Below, piece by piece: positions 40,040-55,360 of a stretch of DNA of 64,000 bases. The first letter of the stretch is position 1. The number at the start of each line of letters is the position of its first letter. The notes under the pieces are model-generated. The model was not told the origin of the DNA, did no database searches, and worked only from the letters and a program-made list of their open reading frames with translations. The stretch comes from Chrysomallon squamiferum (lineage: Eukaryota; Animalia; Mollusca): positions 4,092,001-4,156,000 of the forward strand of contig CM022673.1 of NCBI GenBank assembly GCA_012295275.1. Reading direction: 5' to 3'. The translations under genes and the position numbers were made by a program.

Positions 40040-40190
40040 ATTCGTCTTCAGGTAAACTTCAGGTAATCTTAAGAAAAGGTAAACGTCTTCAGGTAATCCT
40101 CAGGTGATCTTCAGGTGTTCTTAAGAAAAGGTAAACGTCTTCAGGTAATCTTCACGTAATCGTCTTGTCTTCAGGTGAACGTCTGAAGAT
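40040..40190. repeat. Degenerate tandem array of ~11-bp CTTCAGGTAA(T/A) units
   Basis: About 8 recognisable copies, plus a higher-order duplication of TCTTAAGAAAAGGTAAACGTCTTCAGGTAATC. Confidence 0.85.
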
Positions 40191-40644
40191 TCATTACCAT
40201 CTTACTGTAACACTTTGACTCGATCAGACACCCGTGTGCACTTTACGAGGCCTCTGGGAAGAGGTCGGAGACCGGTATAATGGAGGTCCCAACAGCATGC
40301 GACGGACACGCCCGCTGACCTGTCAGAAAGCGTGACCGTCGTAGACGTACCTCACTACAGCTTGCTCTGATCAGCACGTTCATTTTTTTCACTTCACTTC
40401 ACTTCACGTGAGAGTTTGGCCTGTGGTGTCCGTTTCGTTTTTATTTCTTCTAATCCTTACGTGCAATGCGTAATTACAAGGGAGACAACTCCTGTTGGTC
40501 AATAAGGCTGGAAGAGTTATTTTTCTAACTCGAACAGTCAAAGTATATTTTATCAAACGAAGATAATTTAATGTGTGTATTTATTGATTATTTATTGATT
40601 ATTTCTTCACCTGCACCTTCTGGACCACCTCCACGTAAAAAAAA

Positions 40645-41826
40645 ATGAAAGTTCTGGCCAGAGATAGATGAAGATCTATTTCCTAAAAGAAGCCCTCATA
40701 CTGGAGATGCTACGAATCATAAAATTTTAGACCTTCAAGATGGTATTGCTTGTGATTCAAGAACAGATGTTAATCAGTTTAGAAGAAGACGTGGTCATGC
40801 AAAATAAATTAGTTCTAAGACAAATTGATGAAGGTCAAGATTTTAAGAACTGGGCAGAAATGACGAAACATAGTCATTTGATCAGATATGTTTTGGGACG
40901 ATTTTATTCAAGATGCCAGTCATGTTTCACCTGCTGCCAAAGAAAAATTTAACAGATGGAGAAATGAAAGAGGATTAGTAGATTATTTTAGAACCAGTGA
41001 TGCATTATGGATATTAAATTGCATTGATAACTTTGACTTTTCTATTGGATGTGAATTTAGAAGAGGTCGTATCGTTTACCTAAATTAGGCGGTCCACATA
41101 ACTTTCAAATATTTTGTGAATGGGTATTTTCTCACCTTGATCATGAAGAACTTGGATTTGATGATTAAGAAATTAATATTGTAAATAAACTCACCTTGTA
41201 CACTGCTTTTGCTGGCTTTCAAGCAATAAAGACTCATATAAAACGAAGATGTTTGTTATTTTTGTTTAATTTTTATAAGTGTACAAACATCCAAGAAAAA
41301 ATAGTGATAAAAGCAGCATATGTGCAAGATTTAATTCAATTTAAATCAAAATGATATAAAACTGGCAAAGTTTTGTGTTAGTATCAAATAACTGAGCAAA
41401 ATGGTTAAATTGAAGCAAACATTTCCAATCAATAAAAAACCAAACATCTAATTCTACTCCAATAAATGGTAAAATATATTTGTTAAACAGTTCTTTGTTT
41501 TTAAAACAATCATTTACTGATAATAATTCATACATATTCTTCCGCTTCCGGTCGCGACTTCCTTCAGGCTTGCACGTCACGTGATACTTCATATTTCGTA
41601 ATGGAATGGAACTGTTTGGGAAGAGAAAGTCGTCAAACTCTGGATGATCGAGGATCAGGTCAAGGTCAGCATCCCAGTCATACTGACAGAAAGCTGCAAG
41701 ATCGACATCTTTCTTATCGAACCAGTCTGCGAAGAGAACCCAAATTTTTAGATTTGGAGCGTTTGCATTTCTCATAAACACCTTCAGATTATTTGTTTCT
41801 GCTTTATCATTCACTTCATAGTCCAC
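40645..41826. pseudogene. Pair of convergent, intronless, decayed ORFs of probable viral/Polinton-like origin
   Basis: The plus-strand frameshifted ORF ~40650-41168 (FWPEIDEDLFPKRSP...KFNRWRNERGLVDYF...FQIFCEWVFSHL) converges on minus-strand ORF 41826-41341, which continues through stops to ~41180. No splice structure; embedded in a repeat cluster. I recognise no family motif. Confidence 0.4.
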
Positions 41827-43232
41827 GATTTTGAAAGACTGATCTGATCACCAAACAATTTCTTCAAATAAAATACATTTTCATTGGTTGATTTGTTATT
41901 CGTTAACAAGAGCCATAACTAATGTTAATATAACACACACATGGTCCTCATTCTCTGTTCACTGCTACAAACCTATTATTTAAAAAGCTTTTATTGTGTG
42001 AAATGTTCTTGAATATGGATTTGATCATTAAAATATTTTGTCAGATAAAGTTCATTATATTTGACTAATTATTAACTCGTTCATTATTAAATTTTGGCTT
42101 ATGTTACGAAAAACAAAAAACTCCGTTAATTTTATTATTTAGTATTAGAAGTAAAATAACATTGATATATACATTCTTATTTGATGTGCATCATGAATAT
42201 TTTGTTCAATACAAACATTTGTCACTTTCCAGTTTGAGCTACTTTAATTTAATTTCAAAAATAGGAAATCTGATTAACGTTTCCATTAAAACATGTATCA
42301 TTGGTTCTATTGAAAACTGAATAAAAATTATTTTTGTTTTTTAAAAAGTTGGTTGTGGACCACTCAGAATGCCTCCTGTTCCTCCAACTCCCCACGAAAG
42401 GAAGAGAGGAACGGTCATCAATGACTAGGAGCGAGTCACCAAAAAGGTGACACTCCCAGTCCGCTTCGCGCTCAGAAGAGGAGACTGTGTCTCGGTCGTT
42501 CGTCAGTGTTACGTGACGTCTTGGCGATGCATACTATAGAAATGATCCCTAAAAGTATGATTTTAAACTGGGGACTTTATGAACAAAGCATATGTACAAT
42601 AATTCACAGGTTTGTATTTGGTGTCTGGATTACGGATGTTAGCGTTATAATTTTGTGTTTTATTAATACACCCCCGGTTTAAAAGATTTTCCTTATTTTA
42701 CAATAAATAATACAAAAGAAATTAATTCTTTGATTACGTTTTATTGATTTCGTCATAGTAAAACAAACCCAAATGATTTATATTTAGTTCTGTTCTTCTT
42801 TGAAAAACTATTTTATCATCTCAAATGATTTTGAAAGACTGATCTGGTCATCAAACCATTTCGTCAAATAAAATGCATTTTCATTGGTTGATTTGCTCTT
42901 CGTTAACAAGAGCCATAACTAATGTAAATATAACACACACATCTGTGTCCTCATTCTCTGTTGTTCGATCATAGCTACAAACCTATTATTGAAAAAAAAA
43001 TTATTGTGTGGAATGTTCTTGAATATGGATTTGATCATTAAAAGATTTTGTCAGGTAATTTTCATAATATTTGACTAATTATTCACTCGTTCATTATTAA
43101 AATTCGGCTTATCTTATATTTTTATTTTATTTTTATAATTTCACACCCCAAACATTATATTTCTCTCTTTCTCTCCCACTCTCTCGCTTACTGGATCATT
43201 ATCGATACTGACAAAAAAAAAACCAAAAAAAA

Positions 43233-43264
<32 letters not shown>

Positions 43265-45900
43265 AAACAAAGAAAACCCCAAACTGCTGTAACAATATTA
43301 TTAGAAGTAAAATAACGTATACATTAACACTGATACTTCACATCTATATATGCAGTGTTCTTGGCTTATGCATCTTGAATATTTTTTTCATAATGCGAAT
43401 ACTTACACAGAATCAGACACATAGACATAGACACGTAGACACCTCTCTACCACATGTCAACAGACAAACACTTTCTCTCTCTCACTTAATGAATCATTAG
43501 GGATACTGGTATAGAAAAATGTAAAAAACCTGCAGTAATTTAATTATATAGTATTAGAAGTAACGTAACGTACACTAACATAGATTCTTCACTCCTGTAT
43601 TCACATGGTCATCTGTTTATGCATCTTGAATATTTTGAGCGATGGAAACATTTGTCACTTTCCAGTTTGAGCTATTTTAATTAGGTTTCACTAAAAAAAT
43701 AAAAAAAAAAAAAAAATAAAAAATAAAAAAATAAAAAAAGGTTTGCTGTATTTCTAAATGGGAACAGCGCTATTTTTACTAAAGTTATTATTTTGTTTGT
43801 TTCTTAGTATGCGCTGATTGCGGTTTTTTTTTACTTAAAAAAAAAAAAAATTCTTTCTCTCTCTTTCTTTCTTTTCTTTTCTTTTATCTTACCTTTTCTT
43901 TTCTTTTATTTTATTTTTGTTCTGGAGGAAGGTGGGTTATCGTGTCGAGCATGTTTTTGTTTTTGTTAGCGTCGCGTTTTTACACAGATAGGTATTTGGA
44001 GTTGCTGGGCCGCGGATCTGTGGAACGGGAAATTACCAGTTGGTTCAGCCTATTTACTTAGGGAGTAACGGGATTACATGTGGTGAGGGTGACTAGCAGA
44101 AAGGACGCTGGTATGGGGGGATGGCCGGTGGAAGGGGGGAGACGGCACTGTCAGGTGTCGTCTCCCATCTCACAACCAACCATTGTTCCCCCCCATAAAA
44201 AAAGGCATGCCCGCTTCATCATCCCTGCATATGTTGGCACCCCTCTTTTCATATTTTGACTTCTGTCGCTTCTACATACTGTATTATGAGGTTTTGTTTT
44301 AGGTGTTTCGGTGAATTAACAATAATGACTGCAGTAAACTTGATTTTTATTTTTCCTAGAGCTTTACTGTCCTTGTCGTATTTGGTACAGTAGAAAAGAT
44401 AGTGTCTGACGTTGTCTATTTTATGGCTTTTGTCGTATTTGTTACTCACAGTGTTGTCGAGTCTATGTCTGCTGTCGTTTAGTCAGGTTACTCAAACTCT
44501 GAGACCGGTTAAAGTTTGAGTTGTTTTGTTGTTGCCTGAGAGTGGGTTGGGAGGGTTTACTTTTGGTTTAATGATGCAATGTCATAGTCAAGTTCTGTTG
44601 TCCCACTCTTTTTGCCACGATTCTATCAGGTTATTGTGCGCTATTGTCATAATTTCGTTAAAGTTATATTTACAGTTAAAGTCATTTGTGTCATCTTCTA
44701 GGGATTTCTCAGCGTTTTTGTCTGCCAGCTCGTTTCCAGTAACACCCACGTGATGGGTACTTTGTATCCTATGCAGCTGATACAGTTAGTAATGTCGATG
44801 ATCTCTTTAATGTACTGGGAGCTGCTAAATTTGAGTTTGTGCAGAGCTTGCAGTGAGTTGATGGAGTCAGTCAGTTTGAGGTATTTCTTTGTGGTGTTTG
44901 CCACGCGAGTTTGAGTTAGGACCCACTTAAGTGATGAGAGAATAGCTATTAGTTCCGTAGTAAAGACGGATAGGTAGTTGGTCAGTCTACCTCTATAGTC
45001 GAAGGGTGGGTCGGGTAGTTCCGGCCTGACATGAAAGGTCATGCCTGTTCTTCACGTGAGAGGGTCCTTCGAGCCGTCTGTGTATGTGTGGATGAAGTCC
45101 AAGTAGTAGTCGCTTAATGCTGCTCTAAAGATGACGTTTGTAAATGGGTCGTGTTCAGTTTTTGAGACTTTCTGTCTCAGAGTTAAAGGTATGTCTAGCG
45201 GTTTTATGGTCCATGGTGGTTTCAAAGGGTGGAGGGTTGTTTTTGAGCTCTAGGTTCAGTAAATTCAGTCTGTTTGCTGTCCTGTGTGTGATGTTTAGTG
45301 ATGATTTCAAGTCGTTGATGTATGGTAGGTTGTTTGGGATTGTTGAGGTTATAGGGTGAGTGAGGATGAGATTTTTGATTTTGAACCAGTGTTTCAGGTA
45401 CTGATTATTGCGCTTGATTTTGAGCGGAAGGATGTTCATTTCCACAAAATCACTGTCAGTCACATGGGGAGACCTTGGCAATAATACTTAATGGTTTGCT
45501 GTAAACAGCCTCTTGAATTGTTTGTGGTGTGAAGAAAGTATATGTAAAATAATTCACAGATTCGTATTTGGTATCTATTTTATGCATATTAATGTTGTAA
45601 ATTTATGTTTTATTAATACTATACATATCTGAAAAAATGTTTTTTTTGAAAAATGAGACATAAGTAATTGATTCTTTAATTGAATTTCAATGATTTTGTG
45701 AGGATAGAAAACTAGTGAGTGGCATTAATTTGTGTTCTTCTTTTGAAAACTATTTTATCGTGACAAATGCTTTTGAAAGACTGATCAGATGATTAAAAGG
45801 TTGCGTCAAGTAAAGTGCATTTTCGTCGGTTGATTTTGTACTCATTAACTAGATCTATATTTATGGCAAACACACAGACAGAAACAAATGCACACACACA
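41827..45900. repeat. Locally triplicated repeat unit (41827-42240, 42585-43110 plus 43550-43690, 45535-45870)
   Basis: The anchor TTTTGAAAGACTGATC occurs at ~41829, ~42829 and ~45771. Copies 1 and 2 are colinear over ~270 bp, and copies 2 and 3 share ~250 bp upstream. Confidence 0.8.
44180..45481 (-). mobile_element. 5'-truncated non-LTR retrotransposon, RNase H-bearing I-group (I/Nimb/Ingi) ORF2 3' end
   Basis: RNase H motifs YTDGSK (~45070-45085), SVFTTELIAI, LTDSINSLQAL and ITWV..HVGVTGNELADKNA, then WQKEWD and C-terminal DNVRHYLFYCTKY. Several frameshifts. Confidence 0.9.
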
Positions 45901-45958
45901 CACACTCCATCTCACTCTGTCTCTAACAGTCGCTCTCTCTCTCTCTCTCTCTCTGTCT

Positions 45959-46029
<71 letters not shown>

Positions 46030-46739
46030 TGTGTCAGAAAAAACACACGAGAATGACTATCATCAGTATATGTGTGACATTTGTCGCTTGAAGTACGTTG
46101 TCTAAAGATGTCTTTGAAGAAACTTTCTAGGGCCTCGCGGACTTTTGTTTCTTTGTTCAGTGACTTCTTTTACTAATAAATGTTTGACCCAGCACAACAG
46201 CAGTGTCTGCCTGTGGCGTGCATGAAACAAATCTTTTCATAAAGTTGGCATATGACATTCCTTTGATTGCAGCATTTTGTAAGATGCCTTATTCCTTGAT
46301 GTAGGCACCTTACGACATTTAACCAACTGGTATGTCATCAGCCTGAAGGCTGGAAGATTCTAAACCCAGTACTTGAAACTGTAGCCTTTGTAGAAGTAAG
46401 AAACATATCTAACGTTACATAATGTACATTCTTTATATCATCAGCACCACAACGAACTTAATCCAATATTGGGCACTTCTTCCTTTTTTTTTTTTTTTTT
46501 TTTTTTAATTTTCAGGCACTACCGGTTGCCTCATTTATTCAGGAATAACCTACCTATTTACAAATGACCAGGTTCTCTTTGAATATTAAAACTATTTTAT
46601 GTACAATGAGGTTTTTGTGCTTGTTTCATAATAAAACATATTCATGCATGTTTGTGTTGTCACTGGTATTTAGTGTGCATTGTTTAAAATGGTTATTAAA
46701 AAAGGTAACCTGATCTGCGGACTTGGCCTCCAAAGCTGC

Positions 46740-47010
46740 TTTTTCTACGTTTTGTGTATTTTGCCACTCATTTTTGCACGAGGCAACGACCCCTTCGAGA
46801 CACCGGTGTTTTGAAAATTTCTCTCTTCTGTTGGGTCGTTCTAATGCGGCAAAGTATTCAGTTTCAACCCTTGAATATATTAAGTGTTTAATAAGTGCCA
46901 TTTCATTACATGGCTTATCGCCCTCTGATAATTTTCGTGTGGTCCAGATTACCCTTATAGCTTTACTCCAGAGAAAAATCCCTAAATTCGATGCATAGTT
47001 GCCAGTATTA
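46740..47010 (-). mobile_element. Tx1/L1-clade LINE ORF2 C-terminal fragment
   Basis: FLWSKAIRVIWTTRK...LIYSRVETEY...EKFSKHRCLEGVVA resembles the Tx1 ORF2 C-terminus (KxxIWxxR...SRxxxE...FxxxW). Confidence 0.6.
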
Positions 47011-48310
47011 GGCACTAAAGTTTCATATGATTACCAAAGTCCGTTGTGTGTGGTGTCAGGTTTAAGAAAAAAAGATTTGAATGTCTATTCCCACGTACAT
47101 CATAGAGACTTGTTATCTTATTTCATAAGTGTTTGTAGCTTGCCTTTTCTTATTATTTTCATTATTTTCCTAAAGCTGGATCAGTGGTCTTTATTTACAT
47201 ATTAATTTTTTTTCTTACCTCAATTTATATTGAAAAAGTAAATCTATATTTTCGTTCCTGAACCTTTATTAAATTGCTCATGCTGTATAAGTGATATACA
47301 TACTATTAAGTTATTAATTTTTTTTTATTAATTCAGTTCAGAAACAAATAATACAGTGATAACAAATTTAATAATAAATAAATAAATAAATTCCAATTTA
47401 TTATCCGACCACCTAATCTGCAATAATTAGTACATTCAGGATTCGTTTTATTCTCCAATTCCTACATTTCGAAAGATATAAAATTTGAAGCATGACTTCC
47501 GCTTTTGTCTAGAACTTGTCTACACGTATTTGTGCGCAGTATTGTACTAAACAGCTTTATAATGTTGTTAACATTTTATTACTTGAAGTTTCATTTGAAG
47601 CGTGCAAATATCGATAAACTACAGCGGTAATAACCTTCTGAATAAACGGTCTTACACTTTCCAATAATCACTAGATGAACAAAATAAAATCATTCCTTAT
47701 TTAATTTCTTAACGTTACATAAGGTGAGACGTTAACAAATGACCAGTGATACGTTACAGATAATCTGGAATTGTGTTACGTTTCTGTGAAAGGCTGTTTT
47801 CATTAAACTGATATTAGAATTTTTCTGCTTGGTGTGCGGTTATATCGAGGATCGATTCCTTTCGATTGACTCATTTAGTTACTTCCTGTCTGTCGCAGTC
47901 GGCGAACCAAGACGGGAAGACATAAGAATGATTTTGGTTGCAGTATTATTAGTATTATTAGTATTATTTCTGTAGATTACTTCAGGTATGATAAGAATTA
48001 ATGATTGTCATGCATATGTACACATGCTCATACATAAGTATGTACACACAAATGTACATATATGTGCAAGCATGCATATACTCAGATACAAGCATACACA
48101 TACGTGTACATAAACATAAAAAGGAAAATTCTATGTTGAATGGGATAGTAGAAACGGCAATATTATTATTAATATTATTGATGTTGTTGTTATTGTTGTC
48201 ATTGTTGATTCTGTCGTTTCATCTTATTATTATTTATAAATAACGGATGGCTCTTTGAAAAAGAGAAGCACCCCCAAAAAAACCCACTCATATATGAATA
48301 CATACATGTG

Positions 48311-48381
<71 letters not shown>

Positions 48382-48736
48382 CTGTTTTTCAAAGAGCACT
48401 TTCGGTATTTATAAATAATAATAATGTGTATATTAAAACAAGATATTTTTTTTTATTAAACCCCATCACACTGTAACAGTATTTACCTTTGTCGATAAAA
48501 GTGAGACAAGACGAGTTTATAGATTCTCTAATTTGGTGTAAATATTTTCTTTCAGTCTGTAAAGTTCAGCCATAAACTGATCGTCCAGACAGCCTCCAAA
48601 AACATTGCTATTTAATAGGTTATTATCAAACGGTTAGAAGGAAAAAAGTATACATATACGTTTTAGTCCTGTAGGCAACAAAAGTAGTCTTTTGCACTGA
48701 ACGTATTCATTATAAAATATTCGTTATTCTTTTTCT

Positions 48737-48768
<32 letters not shown>

Positions 48769-50093
48769 TTGTTGTACATTTAAAGTGAATATATATTTTG
48801 TATGTATTTGTATGTACGGAAGATTAAAAATCTATGGGACCAGTGTTACTCGCCTAGACTTATTCTGTTTAAAATATATTTTTAGATACAACTGATATTA
48901 ATTTCTGCTTATATCATTACAAACAGTAACGAGGCAAGTAACAAGATTTAAACCAAATTCGTCATTCTGTTTATAAATTCTTTATGTCTGAACGAATTTA
49001 CCGAACAGCTTATAAAGTTCAATCAAATGTGACGAAAAAGTTGATTAACTATAAAAACGGGGAAGTTGTCATTGATTTTGCTTTGTCTGAATAGATTTCA
49101 TTGGAAGGAAATAAAAAAAAAATGTCACTGCAATAAATTAGAGAATACAACCTTCATACTGTTCCTGGTAAAATTCCCAGAGGCTATCACCAGTTCCTTT
49201 ATTCGAAGAATCGGCGAAACAAGGAGAAATTAACGATCTCATCGTTACGGTAATAGTATCTGTAACAAAACTTCATTTTGGAAATCTAGCGCAAATATGT
49301 CACCTTATCAGTATCAGAGTTTCTAACACAATCTGCATGAAGGAATTTGGTGTTATGTTTGTTGTCTTCATAATAATTTGCTTGCGATGGATTTTTAAAT
49401 CTTATTATGACTGTTGTATTTGTTAACATTCATCAGCTATTGGCAATAATAAAGTATCATACAATGTACGTTATTAGTCAGTGTCACAGTCTTCATTTAC
49501 TAAAAGCTGTCACATGTTTCGCTCTTTATAACAAAATGTATGCAGTATGTAAAAAAGATCTTACAGCGTTTCAGAATAGCCCTTCGTGCAGTGGAAGTGG
49601 GTTTCCTCTGTGATTATCAATATAAATTTCATGTTTAGCTTCTAGTAATCGTTAATATCGTCATATCGCCATATCGCCATCTTACGGATTTCCGTTACCT
49701 TAAATATTCTACCTTTCTAACCCCTGGGCCAGTGAGACGACCACAAAAATAAAAAGCCCAATTAATCCACCTCTTTGATGTTTATTTTTCTGTTGATGAC
49801 AGTTTTAATTTCGGTCCACTAAATCATAATTGCGGTCCCGGAGGCCCAGTTTCAAATATCAAGAGTCCCATTATATCCAGCCCTTCAGATGGTCATAGAT
49901 CAATGGTTTTTTGTTTTTGTAGCCGTAAGTGTTTCACGTCCAGAAGATAAATGACAAACTTTCATACATAAAAGAAGGATTGAACATCGTTTCGTTGCCT
50001 CATCTAACTTTTAAGAGGGTAATTGGCTCCCCTTTAATGGTAACCTCAATGATATTAGGGTTTATAAATTTCGGAATTAAATCAGATACGGAC

Positions 50094-50146
<53 letters not shown>

Positions 50147-51501
50147 GTAATGAATGTAATATGCTAGGACAGTAGCTGTTACCACCACCATTACTACAGC
50201 CACTACTATTGCTATTAATATTTCTACTACTATTTCATCTATTATAATTACTATTACTATAGCAACTACTGTTACTGCTGCTGCTGCTGCTACTGCAGCT
50301 ACCACTACTTCAACTTTCACTAATATTACTACTATTACTACTATACTTTTATAACAATAGTAACGACTGCGACTACAAAAAAAGCTGCATAAAAAAAGAA
50401 AACAACAACAATCCCCTCAGAAGCGAAAATAACTTATTAAAATTAACTCACTTTCATCTGTCTCACTACTTTTGGTTTTAATCCATGTATTGATCCACAC
50501 CCGACTTTTGATATAAGAGATAATGGTTTTTACCACCCGCGTCTATTTGTATAACAAATTCTCAGTTTTCAGAAACTCTAACTTCATCTTTTTGGTTTAA
50601 AATTGTTATTTAAAAAAGAAACAGTTAGTTGTATTGAAATTATCACTTCCCATTGTCGTGTTGGTATTGATAAACAGTAATTCGTAATTTGACACGAAAA
50701 TGCCATTACCACAAAAACTACACGCAATTGTATTTTCATAAACTTTTAATTAACCTCAATATGCGCGCAGTGTTGAAAACTGATTATTTAACGACAAACC
50801 GATGAATACAAAAATGTTGTCATAACTACCAGCATTCCCAGATAGGCGTTTCCATTCGTCTTCGCGTCGGCGTCTGATAAGTTTTAGATTAATAAATGAA
50901 AACAATGATTTTGGCTGCTTTAACCACATTTGTGCAAACCTCTCATTTAAAGAGGCCCAGGGCGATAAACGATATTAGATATATCACGAACACGTAGAAC
51001 GTGATGCTAACATCTTAACGGGCGGCCGTAATTCCCGATACGGCAAGGAAATAAAAAAAAAAAAAAAAAAAAAAAGAGAGAGAAATTCTATTAGTGCTCC
51101 GGCAGTAAGTTGTAATGGCGATTCTCTATTAAATTTTTTTCAATTTCGTGGCTTTTATATTTTCTCAGCGAGACGCTCGTTTTCTCTCAACACACATCTT
51201 GTTTCCGATCCGGCCATATTGTCGTGTCTCGATCTCAGTCTACCCACGGGCGGACCCTGCTGGACTGAATAAAGCCTTCAGAATTACTAAAGATCACCAG
51301 TCGGAAGTTTGCAGATTGGATACAAGACAAACACGAGATAACAGAATTGATCTTTTCTCATGAGTCTCAAGGCGAAGATTTCTTTTCGCTCTTGTCGGAA
51401 ATACCGAGGTGTTGTCGTCTGCACACGAGTTGTCTTTCTTTTTATTTTATTTTATTTTCTATCATTTTAATAGATAAATAAATAGAGAAGAAAATGGATA
51501 G

Positions 51502-51535
<34 letters not shown>

Positions 51536-51687
51536 AAATAGAATAAAAAAAATCTTAAAGAATTAATAAACACAAAAAGAAAGAAAAATATTATAAGTTC
51601 ATATTTATTTAGTTAATTAGAACAATAATACTGAACAAAATTATCTTAGTATTAAATATATTGGTTTTATGAATACTTTTGCAAAGA

Positions 51688-51762
<75 letters not shown>

Positions 51763-52361
51763 TAAAGAAAAGGATAATGGAATAAAATAAATAACCGTCC
51801 TATTAGTCTACAAGAATGTTTTTTGCGTTACCACTAGAACACAGTACGGCGAAAAAGCTATGTGTTTGTGATGTATAGTAACACACTACATAATAATATT
51901 TAATACTTGTATCACAGTATAAAATCTAACAAATGCGGCCCCAGCATTAAAATTTATTTGAAATGGAAAACTGAAATATAAGAAGTTAGAAACACCTGAC
52001 CTATAGTCTGGAACAAATAAAATAGTAAAATTTAAATGATTCACAAGTGGAATATTAAAAACGAACAATACCATTCTTAGACACCTATTGAAATCAATCA
52101 TTCTTCTTCTTCTACTTCTTTCTTCACATTAATTTCAACAATTCTTCTTTTTATTTTTTCATCCATTAATTTAATTTAAATTTTCTGAGCTTTTGCACAC
52201 CCAAAACGTGAAATAATTATATTTTATTTAATTTGTTTTTCCTGTGTTAAATATTTATATTCCTTCTTTTTATAGTTTCGTGAAAATTGTTAACGATGTG
52301 TATTAATATTTTAGAAAAATGTCCCATTTTCTCTCCGAGTGAATCTGGGAAATGAAAAATT

Positions 52362-52650
<289 letters not shown>

Positions 52651-53599
52651 GTTTCATTAAGGAAACGTGAACATGAAAATGTAATAGTTTTCTTGAATTA
52701 ATAAGTATAACTAAAACCTATTATTATTATTATTTAAAGCTTTTGTTTTACACTTTTCAAATCAGACTGAAAAAGATAATGTCAAAAATCAGTATGATTT
52801 TCTTCATCTATTATTCAAATCATCTCAACAGTTTTTTAACAACTGTACTCAAGATGTGCAATATTTTAATGTTTTAATATACAACGTATTTTAAGAAATA
52901 AAAAGATCTAAATTTATTTCTAACAATAAACCGAACAAAATGTATAGGACACATTTATATCATGCCATAAGATTATACAGGAGTGTCTATCGTATTCTTC
53001 GCTAAGTGAAAAGAAAATCCTGTATTCCACTGCATTGAATCGGTCCGGAAGCAGTAACTTCAAATAATGCCCAGTGTCGTGAATATGCTCAACACAAAAT
53101 GATGAAAAGCATGTTTCCTCCTTTAAAAAAAATTAACAGCAGATTATAAACGTAGTTAATATTACAAACTTTATGTTGTCCCCAGACCTCCATTCGCAGC
53201 AGTAACGTTTATGTAAGTGCTCTGTTGCCTACGAATGTCTTGTTTGATCCATTGAGTCAACGGAGGACGTGGAATCACAGTATTACTGTTATCAGCTGCA
53301 TGCAGTTTGTGTTTCATAGACGCGTGAGGTTTAATTTAATGCACGGAGAAGAGTATTGCACAAACAGCTTCATGATGTCAGTCTTACGCAGCAAAACAGT
53401 GAGCTACCAGGTCTGAGAAGTACAAGAAGGTGAGATTCGTGCTGATGCGTTTAAAACCAGTGTACGACTTCGTGTATGGTACAGAATGGAGTAAAAGAGA
53501 TCGTATTATCAGAGTAAAGCGTTGCCAATAAATGCGCTGTACACAAAACTGTTACTGATATAACAGAAGAAAATTCACTATGTCACCAGAATAAAACAA

Positions 53600-53681
<82 letters not shown>

Positions 53682-55360
53682 CTCTCCCTCCCTCCCTGTG
53701 TTTTATTTTAAAGATTGTTGCAAGGAAACACTGTCGACACAAAATTAAAAAGATGCTGTTAAAAAACATTAAGCTTAATTAAAAAAAATGGTGAATTTTT
53801 AGTAGTACGAGTAGTAGAGAGAAAACAAAAATAAAAAAAATACTAAAAAAAAAAAAGAAAAATTGAAAACAATAGAAAATCCCAGCCAAACAATTAATGT
53901 GTATGAGTGTGTATAGTAAAAAATAACCTGAAAAAGCAGAAAGCAAAAAACAAAACCAAAAATTAATAACAAGATCATAATTACATAAAAACGAAAGATG
54001 AACAGAAAAATGACAAACAAACAAATAACCCCCAAAAAAACCGATAGACAGATAGACAGACAAGCAGATAGGTAGATAAATAAACAGATGAATAGATTGT
54101 TAGGTAGAGAGACAGTAAAATCTGAACTTTTCTTCGTTCTAAGTAACAAACAACAAAGCCTATCACGCTGACTTTTCTCTCACACATTTAGTCAACACGA
54201 CTCCGACATTGTAACTTACAGATAGCGGGTTTAGTTCACAAACCAATATTTGCAGAGCGGTTTATTGGCGTGAAACGAGGCAATTTACTCCTATCTCTTA
54301 TTGACTTTGTCTGATGGTATCCTAGCCACATTCTTCAACATATTTCTGCAACAGTATGATTGCGTTTCCAATCAGCAGAGTGTGTTTAAGTGCTGGAGTC
54401 GATTAAAAACATCTTGTTAATAGGCACCGACATGACGACTGACCTCGGTGGACTAAGCTGTCGTTTGGTAGGTTCCGAGTTCGAATCGTGGTGATAGTCA
54501 TTTTCGTATCTTTTCTGTAATGTGACAAAAAGATCGTATTATATTTGACGGTTGTAACGTCCTTTAGTTGGTTGTCATTGCGTTCCCCGATGTTGTTTTC
54601 TAACTGTTGTTCAAATGACATTAACTAAATAACTACGTTGGTGTATTTTGTTAGTTTACGCACTGGTATATTTAATAGGTTATTTTTTTTCTGTTTGTTT
54701 GATACCTATTGGTTGTTTACGGGTTCGCTTCTTGGTGACAGTCAATTTTTAATACTTTTTCCAATAATAAGAAACTGATTTAATTTATTTCGACAGTTTG
54801 AAATTTGTTATATAGGCTACAGAATCGCTTCCCTATGTCAAAGATATTCTGTTACATCGACATCATATGCAAAATTACTGGTAATCGTGCAGTGGTATAT
54901 AGTTCCCTGGTGTAAGTAAAAGTGCTGACTTCTCTGAACGAATAAATGAATTATATTAACGAACATTTTGATTTTTCTGAAGAAAGGTCTTCTCGACATG
55001 TAAAGCTTTTTGACTTCGGGAAAACCTGACATGAATTCACATGATGTTTAATCTTACTGAGCTCAAGAAGGGAAAGTTGTTCAATATTTTAAGAGACACA
55101 ACGAAGCTCACAAAACGAAATTCGTATTATGGTAATGTAGCAATGCAGATATCGGAGCACGTTCGATTGGACTACGAATGTCATGCAAGTAATCATGTTT
55201 GCTCTTACATAAAATAAATATCATAGCACATGTCAGTGTCGACGTTTTCATTAAAATGCGGCTGATTATCTCCAGCAGTGTCTTACTTAACATGTCAGTG
55301 GAACGTCAGAGCAAGATTATGATGTGAATAAAACAAAGCGGTCTGTTATTTCATTCTGCC

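Noticed and set aside
40040-40190. Short repeat array as a possible CRISPR
   Set aside because: No unique spacers, units are only ~11 bp, the context is eukaryotic and there are no cas genes.
46080-46440. Coding-looking minus-strand fragment (GILQNAAIKGMSYANFMKRF)
   Set aside because: Interrupted by stops and too short to assign; probably TE debris.
53465-53495. GTATGGTACAGAAT resembling homeobox VWYQN
   Set aside because: It needs a frameshift, the following NRR is absent and no helix 1-2 sequence precedes it.
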